A stretch of 64,000 bases of DNA from assembly GCA_964035545.1 (NCBI GenBank), contig OZ037770.1, positions 12,328,642 through 12,392,641 on the forward strand. Direction: 5' to 3'. Positions 38,452 to 52,131 of the stretch are shown here, piece after piece (within the stretch, counting starts at the first letter, position 1; every line of letters begins with the position of its first letter). Below the pieces are notes generated by a model. The model saw nothing but the letters and a program-made list of their open reading frames with translations, did no database searches and was not told the DNA's origin. A program made the translations under genes and the position numbers. The stretch comes from Bugula neritina. Taxonomy: Eukaryota; Animalia; Bryozoa.

Positions 38452-41400
38452 CTAATATCTCCGTGGACGTTTAGCATCTGCGGGGCCCATACCCTGTTGA
38501 TTAAACATTCGGCCTTGATGTTGGCGGTAATTATTTAAACTTGGTCGATGAGGATTGGGCCCAAGGAGTGAGGGCGCTGCATGGGGCCCCCCACCTCGTG
38601 GTGGGCCGTTCCTAGCTGATCCCTGCTCAAATCTACTTTGGTGCTACAATGTAAGAGAGTCAATAGCACATGTTACAGAGCAATGAGTGGCTAAAGCATA
38701 ATATTATAGTCAATGGAGTGGCTATAGAGATATGAGGGGCGTGTTACATGTTAGCTAGTAGCTACGACACATGGAGTGACTAGAGGGTAACTAATCAAAC
38801 AGTTACTTATGGCAAGTGAGTTCTTAATTAATTTATAACGAAATAATTGCACCATATAGAATCCCAAATCATTTATCATCCAAAAATTTCGGAGTAAAAA
38901 ATGTTTGATCAAAAGACACTTTTATGACATGACTATAATATTATTCAGTTAGAACTAACTTTAATGAATGATATGTTAGCAGATGTAGTGTATAAGTTTG
39001 GTGTAGTCTGGCAGCTTTAAAATTTTACTAAAAACAAACCCAACTTTCCTAATAGACAGGAAATGAAGTTTTGAAAATAAAATAATGAAATATATCAGTT
39101 ACTATCAGTTTCACTCCACTTCACAATTTCCTATACATATTTATTTTCCAGTTATTTAGCTATCAGTTGAAATATGAACCAAGTTAGTTGCAAAAAAATA
39201 AAACTTATTTCCAATGATAAGTCAGAATGATGCCAACATTTAAAAACAAAGTAAATTCAATTATAAATGAAAAATACCAACACACAGTTTATATAAATAT
39301 AATATAATCGTAACAGTGTCTATATACATATATATATATATATATATCTGAAAATAAAAGACAGTTCTAAAATATTTGATGAAAATAAAATTAATGGAAG
39401 TTATATATTGAAGCATGGAGAATTAGCTAAAATTCCAAATTGAAGAAAGAAAAGCAGTGTAATGGGGGAGGGGGGCACTTTTTCTAATTAAGATCTGAAT
39501 TACTTTTTCTCAACTAATAGAATTTCATATCATAAAACATAATTGAAAAAAAAACAGGTCTAGGTTAACTTATTATGTCATAGTTTGCCACCTGACAATG
39601 ACATAAATAGAAATACTTTTCTAGAAATAATTTTCTGGTGTCAACAGAGTAAATTAGTACGAAATGAATTTTAAGACATGATGTTAAAGCATATACGTTC
39701 ATTCGGCCATCAACATTGTGGATGTAAAACACAATCTAACCTGACCAGATAACTGTGGGGCAAGTCAGTAATGATACAAACTAGTTTGGAAAATGTGAGA
39801 TAGACAACTCCAAATTATAATGACAAGCAAACAAACAGTACAAAGGTTAACACCTAAGGGACTAACTACATGGATTTGTCAGTCCTACTTAAAAATCTGT
39901 ATGAATTTATCCCTAAAAACTTATTAAATAAAAACTATAAGATAACAGGTTCAACTTGTGAATACTTCAATATTATTTTTTAAGTTACGTAATCATTCAT
40001 ATTGTATAAAGGGCAGCAGCGGCTTCTTTATTAAAATCCCTCAACAAGTACTTGAATGTCAGTAGTCAGGGGGTTAAATTCAATTTTAACTCAATGGGAT
40101 AAGCATTTACTTCCTCAAATAGATTACGAATTGAAATCATAGTTGTAATACAATATCTATAACTTTCTAACATGACTAAAGTCAATTATTGGGAAAAAAT
40201 AAATTAATTATAAACTCAAACTATCTAGTCATAATAATATCAAGCTACAAGAAATTGGCAAGGTTTTCAAATACTAAATTCCTACAGTCTATCAAGATAA
40301 CCCAGAATGAACACTATCTAAGAAGGGGAGCAGTGATGCCTGCCCAGAATAAATAATGGCGACTGTTTTTCAAATACTATTTGTAGGACTTGTTTATCAT
40401 ACGGGAAAATACTAATAGCAAGTACATAGACTGTAAAATTCTCAGCAACTTTCTGGTTTCTTTGATGAAACTACTTCAAGGCATGAAAACAGCAATAAGC
40501 TTTTGTTACTACATATTATATAGTAATATATGAATATCGCACATAGCAAGCTTATGATATGCTGTGATTTACATAAGAATGTTGAAGGCTTAACGCCTAC
40601 TTCCAGCTATAATCCAACAAAAATATTCCTAGAAGTAAAAGTTTTCTAAGCAGCATCACAAACTAGTGAACAAATCTACTATCAGTGATAAATAATTTAG
40701 CTGAGTCAATGATCATACGATAGCAGTTAGGTATTTAGTAACGAGCCTTAAGCACCTGCAACCACCACTAACAAGGTGTCATAATCTATCTGACTAGAGT
40801 GACACTCAATTTAGCTTGTATTTTTTAGAAGTGATGGGCACAGCTAAAGCCAAAGTCATATTCAGTAATATTGTCTAACTGCGGCAGTTACAATAGGTGA
40901 GACAACTCCAACTTTGAAAGATTACTTTTTCAGAATTAAAAACTTGACTAGACGTGAAATGGCTAATTTTTAGTACAACTAATTAAGAGAGTTGAAGAAT
41001 CTCCTTTTAGTGTTTTAAACTCAGACTGATAGCATGACTCATCTCATGTCAATCTCACAGTCTGTACTGCTTAATATCTACTATTTTATAACAGGATTAT
41101 ATAACAGGACTGTCTACATTTACTCAATAAGCAACTTGCTTACCACAGCTGGATGATTGTAACATAAACGAACAGTTGAACGCAAAAAAACTATACCCTT
41201 GCAATAGCTACCATATATGGCAACCTTACCATACACCACTAGACAGCATGACTTTAGTTGATCAACCTAGCCTATGTTCCCACAATTAATCAGCCCAACA
41301 AACTGATGTATTAATCTAAGGCTATCAGAAACGAGTAGTTGTAAAATAACTGAGCTGTAGAGAGCAATTATGCCACATACCATGTCCTCCTTCGGACCCG

Positions 41401-44400
41401 GGCGAGGACCTCGGAAGTTATCTCCACCACCCATACGTCTGCCACCACCACCACCACCGCCACCTCCAGAATTCCGACCTAGTTGAATGAGCAAAAAGAT
41501 GCTGAGATGAGAAAACTCAAGTTAGCAGAAATATCTAAAATATTTCGTGGTGATGTAATAAAGTATAATAATATTGTGATACCATAAAAAGTAAAATTTT
41601 AAGAATCTTTAGAATTTGTAAATATAGCAATTATATTATATAAGGAAAAAAACAATCAAAAAGTTAGTTATTTCTAATAATAAATATAAGAAAATATTAT
41701 ATAAAAATAGGGTTTTAAAAACAGGTGGCCAATCATAGCGATTATTTAAAAAAAACAACCAATCTACATGGTTCTTTGAGATTGGGCTTTTTTGGAGCCC
41801 ATATTAAGAGTTATTCTATCTGCAAAGTTAAATGTCACTCCACATAGTATAGTGTAGATATTGTAGACTATTTCCAGTTTGTAAGAAATATGAAAAAACA
41901 AAAAATATAGAAAATTGTTTTAAAACTTAACCACAATTGCTTCAACTCAGGCATTGTGGGAGACCGTAACTTGGTATAGGAGTAGAAGCTACTCTCACCT
42001 TCATGTAAGTAAGGGGGCGGGTTAGGGGGAGGCTGCAGACTCCGCCCACCATGCTGCTGCTGCCGGCTCTGCATCTCCTGCAGGGCAGCTTGTCTCTCTC
42101 TAATCATTCGCTCTCTCAGGGCTTGCTGCTGGTGCTGCAAATAGCCATACACAACTATCACTCCACCAATCAACATCTTGATTACAGTTAAGGAAACCAG
42201 ACAACCAATAAACATGATGAGTACTTTAAACATTAAGTCAACCAATCAAATCAATGTCACTTGACAGATTAGCCTACTTTGAATTTTAAGCTGTAAATCC
42301 GAACAAAGAAACCATGCAACTAGACATTACAATCTATGGGGACAGAAGACAATCATTTTTTTTCAAAATTGTTACATTTAGCAGCTTTTGTCGAAAAAAA
42401 TTAATAATTTCTGCAAGAATCTTACAACCTCATCATTGCAAGGTCTTATTTCAATTAAAATTTTGCTAAATCAGGCAATTCGTGTTGACTTCTCTGCCAT
42501 AAAAATATCTGCATACTCAAAATGGTGACCCACAGAAAAATATTTAGTAACGTTGAAACGGACCAGTTTTCCCAAACAGGAAGTTACAAAACAGGAAGTA
42601 ATTTACCTGCATGAGGAGTTCCTGTGGACCTCCATTAAGTCCGCCCGGTTGCTGTCCACCAGGAAACTCCGCCTCCCCACCGTCTGCGCGACCTCCGGAC
42701 TGCATGGCATTGGGACCGGGTCTATTCATTCTGTTCATTTGGCCCGGCCCACCCATCTGATTAGGCCCGCCCATGTTCATGTTAGGCCCACCCATGTTCA
42801 TATTAGGTCCGCCCATGTTCATCTGATTTCCTTGCTGCTGACGCAACTGCATTCTTCTCATCTACACGGAAACATCCGGAATATTGATAACATATGATAT
42901 ATATATATATTTATATTGATAACAGATAATACTAGTCGAACATGACCATACAACATATATGATGACAACATAGTTTTTATTATATATTTTAATAGCAAAG
43001 AAAATGTCAAAATATGGTAAGTTTATTCATCATTTTAGTATAATCAAAGCATCTAATACATAGTTGCTGATTTCATAAATCACCTAGCATACAAAATTAT
43101 AAAAAAGCCTAAACATACACCATGCAATTGGATGCCATGATAGTTTACATTTAGTACGTAAAGTGAATAAAAACAGAAATAAACCAACACCAAGTGTGCC
43201 ACGTGAAAGTTCTAGTTGGTAAAAAATAAACTACCAGATGACGTTAGAAAGATTTCAGAGTAGGTTTTAATATTAAATAAACGAGGAATAGGCCTACAAA
43301 CTTAGCGCAAAATAAAATCTATTTAAACTATAAGACAATTAAACAATTTACAAGAGAATTAAAACTTTCTTAGTTATAAATTTTGAATGTGGTAAACACC
43401 AACATACCTCCAACTCTCTCATTTTCTGCTCTTCTCTCTGTTTCTTCTGCATCTCCAAAGCATTGAGTTCCGCCTGCCGTCGCATCATATCCTGTCGCAA
43501 CATGTTGGCCTTATGGTCGTGCATCATCGTCTCTACCTCAATCTCCATCTCTAACCGTTTCTGTGCCATTTCATCCTGCAATGGAGAAGAAAAAGTGAAC
43601 TTTGACTTCCGCACTTATAACTTCAGAGCTAGAGGATGGTACTAGCCTAGTGGAGGCATAACTCATGGCCACGTGCTTTCTACTAGAAAAGCTACTGAAA
43701 ACTGTGTATTGGTATGTTGACTAAAATAATTTTGAATCGTATTAAAAAACACAAAAGAAAACAGCTGAGCCTATAAACACTTTTGTCATAGTTACTCTAC
43801 CACACCTAGCTAAATGGAATTTGTTGAAACAAGCATTATAAAAACTGAACAAAGTCAAACTAAAACCCTTTCCGAACTAACAGAAAACCCATCATTTTAA
43901 GGACTTGAAGTGTTGCAACAGATTTACGACTCTACAATGTGGCTCACCTCTAACAATCGTTTCTTCTCTTGCTCCACTTTCTCCAAATCTTTCCATTTCA
44001 TGCCAACATCATATTCGAAAGATCCGGGCTCAGCTAGGCGAGGGTCCACGGACATTTCACTGTAGAATAAATATATCGTCGTGCCATATAACAAAATAGA
44101 CAGTAAGCTACAGCATGTGATACAGCTAGACAGATTTTAGTACTGGAGAAAAAATCTGCTGAGAAAGGCTCTACAACATAAATCTTAGTGCAAATTTTAC
44201 AAGAAAAACTACAGAAAATATAAAATTGTTTCACAAAATTATTACATTATTAAAAAAGTAACTGGAATAACTTAAAGCACTCCATAAAAGTATTTTTCAA
44301 TTACAGCTTTTATTTAAATTGGTGAAAATAAAATAGCAGATTCGCTTTAGTTTAATAAATTTACCTACCAACAGCTTACTCCGTTCAATTCAAAGCATTT

Positions 44401-46948
44401 TCACTTACAAGTTAAAGACATTTTCAAGGCTAAATAGAGATGACAGTTAATGCCAACACGAATATTACATACCAAACACTAAAACCAGTGTACACATTTA
44501 CATCTACAGACATCCAGAAATACTTAGAAATACACACATGAACAACAAAGTCGATTAAATGTTGATAAAACAGGTTAAAACAAATCAACTCCACCAAATG
44601 GTTTGCCGAAATCATGACAATAATAATATCTAAATGCAAGACCCCTACGTCCGGCCATAATAAGCAGTGATTTACAGTCTCATCAATAGAGAATAAAGGA
44701 AGGTGTTACAACGGAGATATGGTAGACGTCATATAGCCTAAACTCACTCAAACCATTCCTGGTTCTTCTGGGCGTACTTCTCTGGGAGCCCGTCTTCTTC
44801 GTCCTTCTGTTCCAGAGGCTCCACGCAAACAGGTCGCATCGACCTAGAGAATTAAAATAACTGATTGACTAAGGATGTTTCAAGTAGTGAATGTAGAGAC
44901 AAGATGGTCTCCCATGTATACAGAAAAGGGAGCCTGCAGAAATTACTGGCAATGGTAAGATATAAAGCAGAATCCACCTAAAAACAACAGATTGGGTAAT
45001 AATTTAGCAAGGAAGAAGAGTTGTAACAAAATTAATTGTCGACAGAATTAAGAATGACAAGCGCTATATGATACATGATATACATATGATATATGCGTGT
45101 GCATGTGTGTGCATGCATGTGTGTTGTGAAAAATAATATAGGAGATAAGTATACAACAGACTTACTTAGACAGAAGAAAAACACCCTTGGTGATAGTTTC
45201 TAAAGCTTTAAGATACGATGCCCTTCTAGAAAATTCCACTATGCCAGTACCCTGCGGTTTTCCCCTGTCATCTACAACCACCACTGCTCTTTCCACCTGA
45301 AATATCACAAGTTGATAAAAATACATCCAAATTTTTGAGGCAGATATTTATGAAAAATTCTATCCAGATTTTTGTTATGGACGCCATATATTTATAGATT
45401 ATTTAATATCATGCATCATCAAAAGAACTAGTAGACTGGATTGGGTCAAATAAAAGCTGTTAATACTGTTTTCTAGATTATTATTATTACACACAAGAAC
45501 CATTCGTAAAATCAGCAAATTACTCTTAACATGAAAATGACAACATGTTTACAATAGCTATTATGAAGTATTTGAAAAAAAACCACATAGCCTGTGTTCT
45601 ACACTCACTGGTCCAAAATAGGAGAAGGCTTGTTCGAGAGACTCGTTAGTACAGTGTTGGCTGAGGTTCTTCACATGCAAGGCTGCTGAGTGAGTGGCAA
45701 ACCTGACTCTGAGGCTACGATTCTGAAGTTCTATACCGTCCAGTCCGTTCTTGCAGGCTTCGGCAGCCGCCCGTGTCTCCTACAGAGACAGCATGCACTA
45801 CATAATAATGGAGTGCGTGCGTGCGTGTGTGTGTCCATACATACACGCACACACATACATATATATACACATACATACAGAATAATTATGAGTGAAAGAA
45901 ACGTTTAGTATAGACATATATATGTGTGTGCGTTTACCCATACATACATACACACACATACATATGTATATAAAATAATTATAAACAAACAAACACACAC
46001 GCACACACCTACTTATATATACATTTACAAACACATACACACACGAACATACTTATATTTATACTGTACACAAACATACACACATACATACATAACAATA
46101 ATTGAAAAAAGCAACCTTTACAATAGACATATTTTCCACACAAACAGTAGACAGCAATTGGTGAAGCGTACAACTGGGAGTTATCTCACCAGTTTCACAA
46201 AGCCGAAACCTTTCTTGGCATTAAGGAACAAATCTTCAGTCTCGCCGTACGGCTTTATGATGTTGACAAACTCCTCTTCGCTAAGAGATACGGGTATGTT
46301 GCCGAAAAACAGTCTACATCTGCCTGCAATATATACAAAAAAAACTCACACAAGTTAGTAGGGCATATATGTGCTACCAAAACGAGAAAAAACTGAATTA
46401 CAGTGAAAATGAATTTTTAGCAAGCAACAAACGCAACCTACAGCACTAATATCACATTTAGATATTAACACTAACATTCATGTTTTTCTATTACAGCATC
46501 TAAATCCATGAATTACCATTTCATCTAAAATTTACGTAAAAAGCATTGCCAAGAGACAGTGATATTAAGGCCACTCTATAGAATAAAACTTGTTAAAGCA
46601 AAAGGAACAGTACGAACACTACTAACCGGTAAACTTCCTTTTGGGATCGTTATTAAGACTACCAGCTTTTGAAACAGCAGATTCTGTCTTCATGCCTTCT
46701 TTTGCTGTTCCCGATGGGCCATTGGCAGCAGCGGCATCATCTGGTTTAGTAAATGTCTTTTGAGAGGTTTCGCTGCTAGTGGCAGTCGGCTCTGTTTTCA
46801 CTTCCTTTTTAGGCGTTTCCGACTTATTCTGGCTGTCGGAATTTGAAATTCTGTTTCTATTTTCATGGTTACGATTTCTATTTTGATTGTAGTTGCCACG
46901 ATTTTGGTAACCGGCATTTCCGGAAAACCGATTTCCATCAGAGCTCAT
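38452..46948 (-). CDS. DBHS-family RNA-binding protein (NONO/SFPQ/PSPC1, nonA/Hrp65-like), ~604 aa, 11 coding exons
   Basis: Exons 46948-46627, 46323-46190, 45779-45609, 45296-45166, 44843-44748, 44059-43948, 43575-43408, 42861-42607, 42134-41999, 41478-41381, 38643-38452. [13 protein letters not shown] (RRM1), [24 protein letters not shown] (RRM2), [40 protein letters not shown]...[11 protein letters not shown]...WKDL, coiled coil, Gly/Met/Pro low-complexity region, C-terminal NLS-like KRPRRY. Confidence 0.95.
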
Positions 46949-48494
46949 GGCTTTTGCTAATTCAACTCTGTAAAAAAATGGAGCATTAAAATACCAAGAG
47001 TTGAATAAGATAGAGACAAAAAGCTATGTATAGATGAAACAGTAGCCTAGTGTCACATTTACCATCTCAGCACATCCTTGTGCTAGGTGACAGCATACAG
47101 TGTCTACAGGAAACTGAAAGCTTTATTTAACTGAGAGCAAGAATTTTAGACTATGCTATAATAATGATAGACACTCCACTAACTTCTATGGCTAAAATCA
47201 GTTACCTAATTTGAGGCAAATTTAAATGAAACAAAATATAAATTTGAAATAAGAAAATCCATTTAGGATAATTGAAAAGAGTGTGAAGAAAAATCTAAAA
47301 AATGAGTGACATGCCAAGAACTTGAAGATGACAGTTCAACCTGAATGTAGCATATAAATAATATTGCCATCACAATGACAATGAAAGCTACAAGCTGAGC
47401 ATCATATTTATTGAATGGTAGTGAATATATTAATCAACAGCAACAACCATAAACTTAATGAATAGTATCAGGATTAGTACGAGTGTATGACTGTCAGTAA
47501 TGTGAATAGTAATAATTACAAGCCAAGAAGTTAAACTCAGAAGTATTGATTCATTAATCCTCACTTGAAATGAAACCAAATACCAATATTATTAAACATA
47601 TACTTTGTTATACTCAATGATACAGTATTATCATATACTTATACTTATAGTTATAGTATTAATCTAAATCTATCTAGTTATTGTTTTAAATTGTTATTGA
47701 ATCATTGTTTAATGATTATGAGCAAAACTTTTTAGTTAATAAATTGGATATAAAAATTGTGATTATCAAACTGAAAGTTAAAGTAATCAGTAGTATGAGT
47801 ATCACTATCAATATGAATATCATAAATTAATATCATATTCATATTGATATTGATATTCATTATGATTAAGATTATCATTATGATTATGTTTATCATCATC
47901 ATGAAGTGATCATCATCATGAACGTAACGCAACTCGCTTTCAAGTTGTAGAGACTAGTAATACCAGCACTAGCAGTAACAATAGCTTTAAGTTCAACGAC
48001 AATGTAGAATAACTACAGTTATTTTTTTCCTTTTTAGTTCTATTACTTATTAGTATTTTGAATTTTTAGATTCAGATTGAGAATTTTACTGATACTTAGT
48101 GATTGATGATTTTATCATTTACTTTTAGTCAAAGCAATTTAATCCTAATAGCACCGTAAACGTAAAGTTAAACATTCGATTTTATCTAAAGATACAACAC
48201 TATGACTACAATTATAATACTTTATTATTTTACAAGTTTCTGTTATAATTACGATGGTAGTCATTGCGATTGTCCTTGTGATTGTGAAGCCCTGGCGCAA
48301 AAGTAAGTTCTACTATTAACATGACCAAGTAATACTAGCATACGTTATGTTGACAGTATAGGTAAACGCATTTACGGAGTTATCTTTTCTATTGTTATAT
48401 TGAAGTTATTTTAAAAATCAAGTAAGTTTATTAATTGCACATAAATAAAATTAGCAATTTTATACATAATATATTAAAAATAATAAAAACAAAC

Positions 48495-48720
48495 ATACTT
48501 GCAATTTTTATTAGAATTTAGAGTCGACCTAGTTTTTCTAAGGCTAGATGGTAACGAGTACAGTTCATGCATTTGTTAATGTAAACAAAATTCAAATTCC
48601 TAATTTGAAACTTCTGTAAAACTTCAATAAACTTGAAAGCTGAAACTAAACTAGAACCTTGCAGTGTGTTTATTGTCTGTATACTTGGTGCTCCTGATCG
48701 GGACTTTTCAAGTGCAAGGT
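48495..48720. promoter_or_regulatory. Putative bidirectional promoter with non-coding first exons of the DBHS gene (-) and coiled-coil gene (+)
   Basis: Both ATG exons start at splice acceptors (46967 minus, 49198 plus); candidate donors at ~48498 (minus, gtatgt) and 48719 (plus, gtttgt) face outward ~220 bp apart. Confidence 0.5.
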
Positions 48721-48769
48721 TTGTGTGGCTAGAGGTAAATAATTAGTTTGGTGAATATCATTGGATTTG

Positions 48770-48852
48770 GTATTACTAGTACTACTACTACTAGTAGTAG
48801 TACTGAGTACTACTACTACTACTACTACTACTAGTACTACTACTACTACTAG

Positions 48853-48884
<32 letters not shown>

Positions 48885-48906
48885 GTACTACTACTACTAC
48901 TACTAG

Positions 48907-48962
<56 letters not shown>

Positions 48963-48990
48963 GTACTAGTACTAGTACTACCACTACTAG
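48770..48990. repeat. (ACT)n microsatellite
   Basis: Direct reading. Confidence 0.97.
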
Positions 48991-49205
48991 ATACAGTTAA
49001 TCATCACTCACTTACTGGGTTACTTGTCATGTTAGTGCTATATCTTAATCTATTTCCAGTCCTTTGGCCTAATAATTGTAATTGTTAAGAGTCCTTATTT
49101 GCAGTATAACTATACAAGTTTATACTTGTGGATTTTTGATCACACTTTCTGAAATACAGATTTAGGCTAATCAACTATTCATAATTTTATTTTGTAGCAA
49201 TCATC

Positions 49206-51099
49206 ATGGCCCATATCAATATGCAAGTTGAACATGAGTCTCAAGTTGAGTCTTTTGATGTTCGTAGAGTGAACATGCTGAAAGCGCAAATTGCTCAGAT
49301 GGAAAGACAAGTGAGTTTCTTAATTTGTTTCCATGTATTGATCAATATCATTAATTCTGTGTTATCAGGTTTTATATGGTGTGCTGCCAGTAAGATATGA
49401 AATAAAAAAACTCACACAAGTTTATAGTCACTATCCTTGTGAGAAACTCCTGATGGAAGGGGTTTTTGTTAAATCGGGCTAAGGACTTATTCAGATGGGG
49501 CACAAGAGCAATTATGACTGGATGCTCTTCCTAACATCACCAATGGCCTTTGTCAGGGCTCGAGCTTATGACTTAGTGCCTGCTAGGCAGACGCTTTAAC
49601 CATTAGACCACGGTTGCTCTCTCAGCAAGATAGAAAATGGTTGGTATTTTATCGTTTATTTTACTATCTAGGAAAAATCCCTGTTAAATCAAATGTTGAC
49701 ACCTGCTAGTTGCACTGGCAGTTTTATATTGGTTGTTTTTCATAATTATGTACAAAATTTGTTTTTCTCTCACTAACTAATTATTTTACCATGTTGGCAG
49801 ATTGTCTTGTTCACACAAAGTATATCAACCTTTAAAGAACAACTTCACTATATGGAAGGAATTCTTCAACAAACCATTGATCTGCTCAAGTCTAGCGGGG
49901 GTAGCAATGCTTCTGTGGGCAATATCTCTTTACCACGCAGCTCTGTAGCGAATCATATTCGATTGTTGAAAGATATGTTGGAAAGGATCTCTGGTAGTCA
50001 CTCTGTAGCTTCCTCTGATTCAGCTACTATGTTCACTTCCAACACGTCATTTTTAAAGAAGTCATATCCTTGTACATTGGCTGACATTGCTTCAGGGTCA
50101 ATCAGACATATTAATTTATCCCGTGTTACTAAATTGGAGCAACAACTATCAAAATTATATGGAGAGCTACACTCTTATCTCACTCACTTCAAGTCTACAC
50201 CTGATTCCATATTGTCTCTAGATAAAAGCAAGAGTCTGTTAAGATCTTTAGATAAAGCTAGTGTTGATCTTTTGGATCTGTCGTTTCTAGTTCCTAGCGT
50301 ACCTTGGTCAAACAGCAACTCCTTACCTGAACTAACTGTAGATGACATAATGCTGGCATTACCTAAACTTGCGCATTCAAAACAGCAAAATGTCAAAGAT
50401 TTGTTAACTTCTGCGCTTAAACTGGCAGAATATAGGTATCGACTTTTGCAAAATAAAATTGAGCATCTGGAATTAGATATAAAACATCAAAGTTCTGAAA
50501 AGCAAAAGTCAAAGCTGCACATCCAATCTTTATCCAGAGGACTTTTTTCAGAGTTTGAAACTTACCACGACAGTATAAAAGAAAGTTTGGTGCTTCCGAT
50601 TAAAAATTTATTGAGGAAATTCACAAATTTGTCTGAGTCACCCACTGATGACAATCTCAAAGTGTTTCTGAACGATTTTAAACAAGAAAGTGCAACTCTT
50701 CAAGGTATCTGTCATACGATTGAAGCACACGAATTAGACGAGCAAAGTATCGAGAAAATTGACGACCAGTTTAGTGCCCAATTGAAGAAATCGATGCAAA
50801 ATCTCAAGCTTCAGAAAATGAAACTGGAGGATGAAGAAAACTACTATAAGCAACTGGAGAGAGAAATGAAAGACGAGGTTGACTCTAGAGTGTCACAGCT
50901 TGCTCTCAACAAGGCTCCTGTCAGCAAATCATTGGGAGGAAAGAGAGGCGACAGCCTTGGAAAGCCAACTCAGTTGACCAGCAAGGTGAAAGTTCAGCCA
51001 TCAAAAGCTGCCAATGCTTTTCTTACTAAATATGATGTGGTGGAGAAACAGTCTCGAGTACAGAAGGTGGATGATTCTAAATTGTCTTCCAAATCTTAA
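49206..51099 (+). CDS. Uncharacterised helical/coiled-coil protein, ~467 aa, 2 coding exons
   Basis: Exon 49206-49310 (MAHINMQ...FDVRRVNMLKAQIAQMERQ, donor gtgagt) joins in phase 0 to exon 49801-51099 (1299 nt open). Heptad-rich composition; no family recognised. Confidence 0.8.
49404..49622 (-). mobile_element. tRNA-derived SINE, family A, copy 3
   Basis: Same body as copies 1 and 2; imperfect 16-bp TSD cagtaagatatgaaat / cagcaagatagaaaat. Confidence 0.85.
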
Positions 51100-52131
51100 A
51101 CTCACTTGTTTAACTCCTGTAATTTATTAGTACTAAAGCTAAAAGTGTTGAATAAGCATCTTATTTGGGAGTTGTATCCTCAATATAGATGTGCAGTGAG
51201 CGAGCCCATGTCCCTATATAATATCAAATTGTCATTCCAGGTTTCAATTTTTAAATTTTATATCACAGATTCATGTTTGATTTCTTATTGCTATGCTCTA
51301 TTTATATATAATTTAAAAAAAATTAAGTTTCCACAATCTGGTGATTTTTTTCTTAAGTTTGATCAAATTAAATTTTCACTCATCCCAATCTACAACGTTT
51401 GACCTAATTATATACACATAAATACTTGCATTTGATTTTATATATAACGTAGTTTTTGTTGAAATCCAAAACTATAAACGAATTACTAAGCATGCTCACA
51501 GAATGTGGCAACAAGTAATATATCTACGCTCTGATAGAAATGTATTGTTTTACTTGACCTGGTAATCTACTTCTCTTTCTGCAGCTAATATTTTCAGCTA
51601 ATAAAAGAGTAGACAAATCCCATTTAAAGCCAAATTCCTATAAATGCACAATATTGTAGGGACATGATAAAACAAGTTCATAACATAATATTAGGATTGG
51701 AACACAGCTAAATAAGGTTACTGCAAGTTGTCTGCTCTAATTTGAATGCATTTTTGCAGCAGATATTTTACATTTAGTTCAATAATATTATGGAAAGAGC
51801 ATCTTTATTAATTTGTGCTGCAATCACATCATTTTTTCACCTAGAAAGTGTATAGCAGAAAAAAATAAAATGCCTTACTACAATCTCGACTGGATATTAA
51901 CAATCAGGTTTCTAGTTAAAAATTTTGGAAAGGGTGTTTATTGCATAATTTTTAATGATACAAAATAGCCTCCAAAACTTGCAGCATATAACATGGACAG
52001 TAGCAAAAAGCTATAAATTTTATATATTATAATCTAATATAGAAAATAGTATGATAGCATCACACACTACGGTGCTTTTCATGTATTTCTAATTCACAGA
52101 TAATAGTAACTGTGGTGCTGTAGTAAAACAA

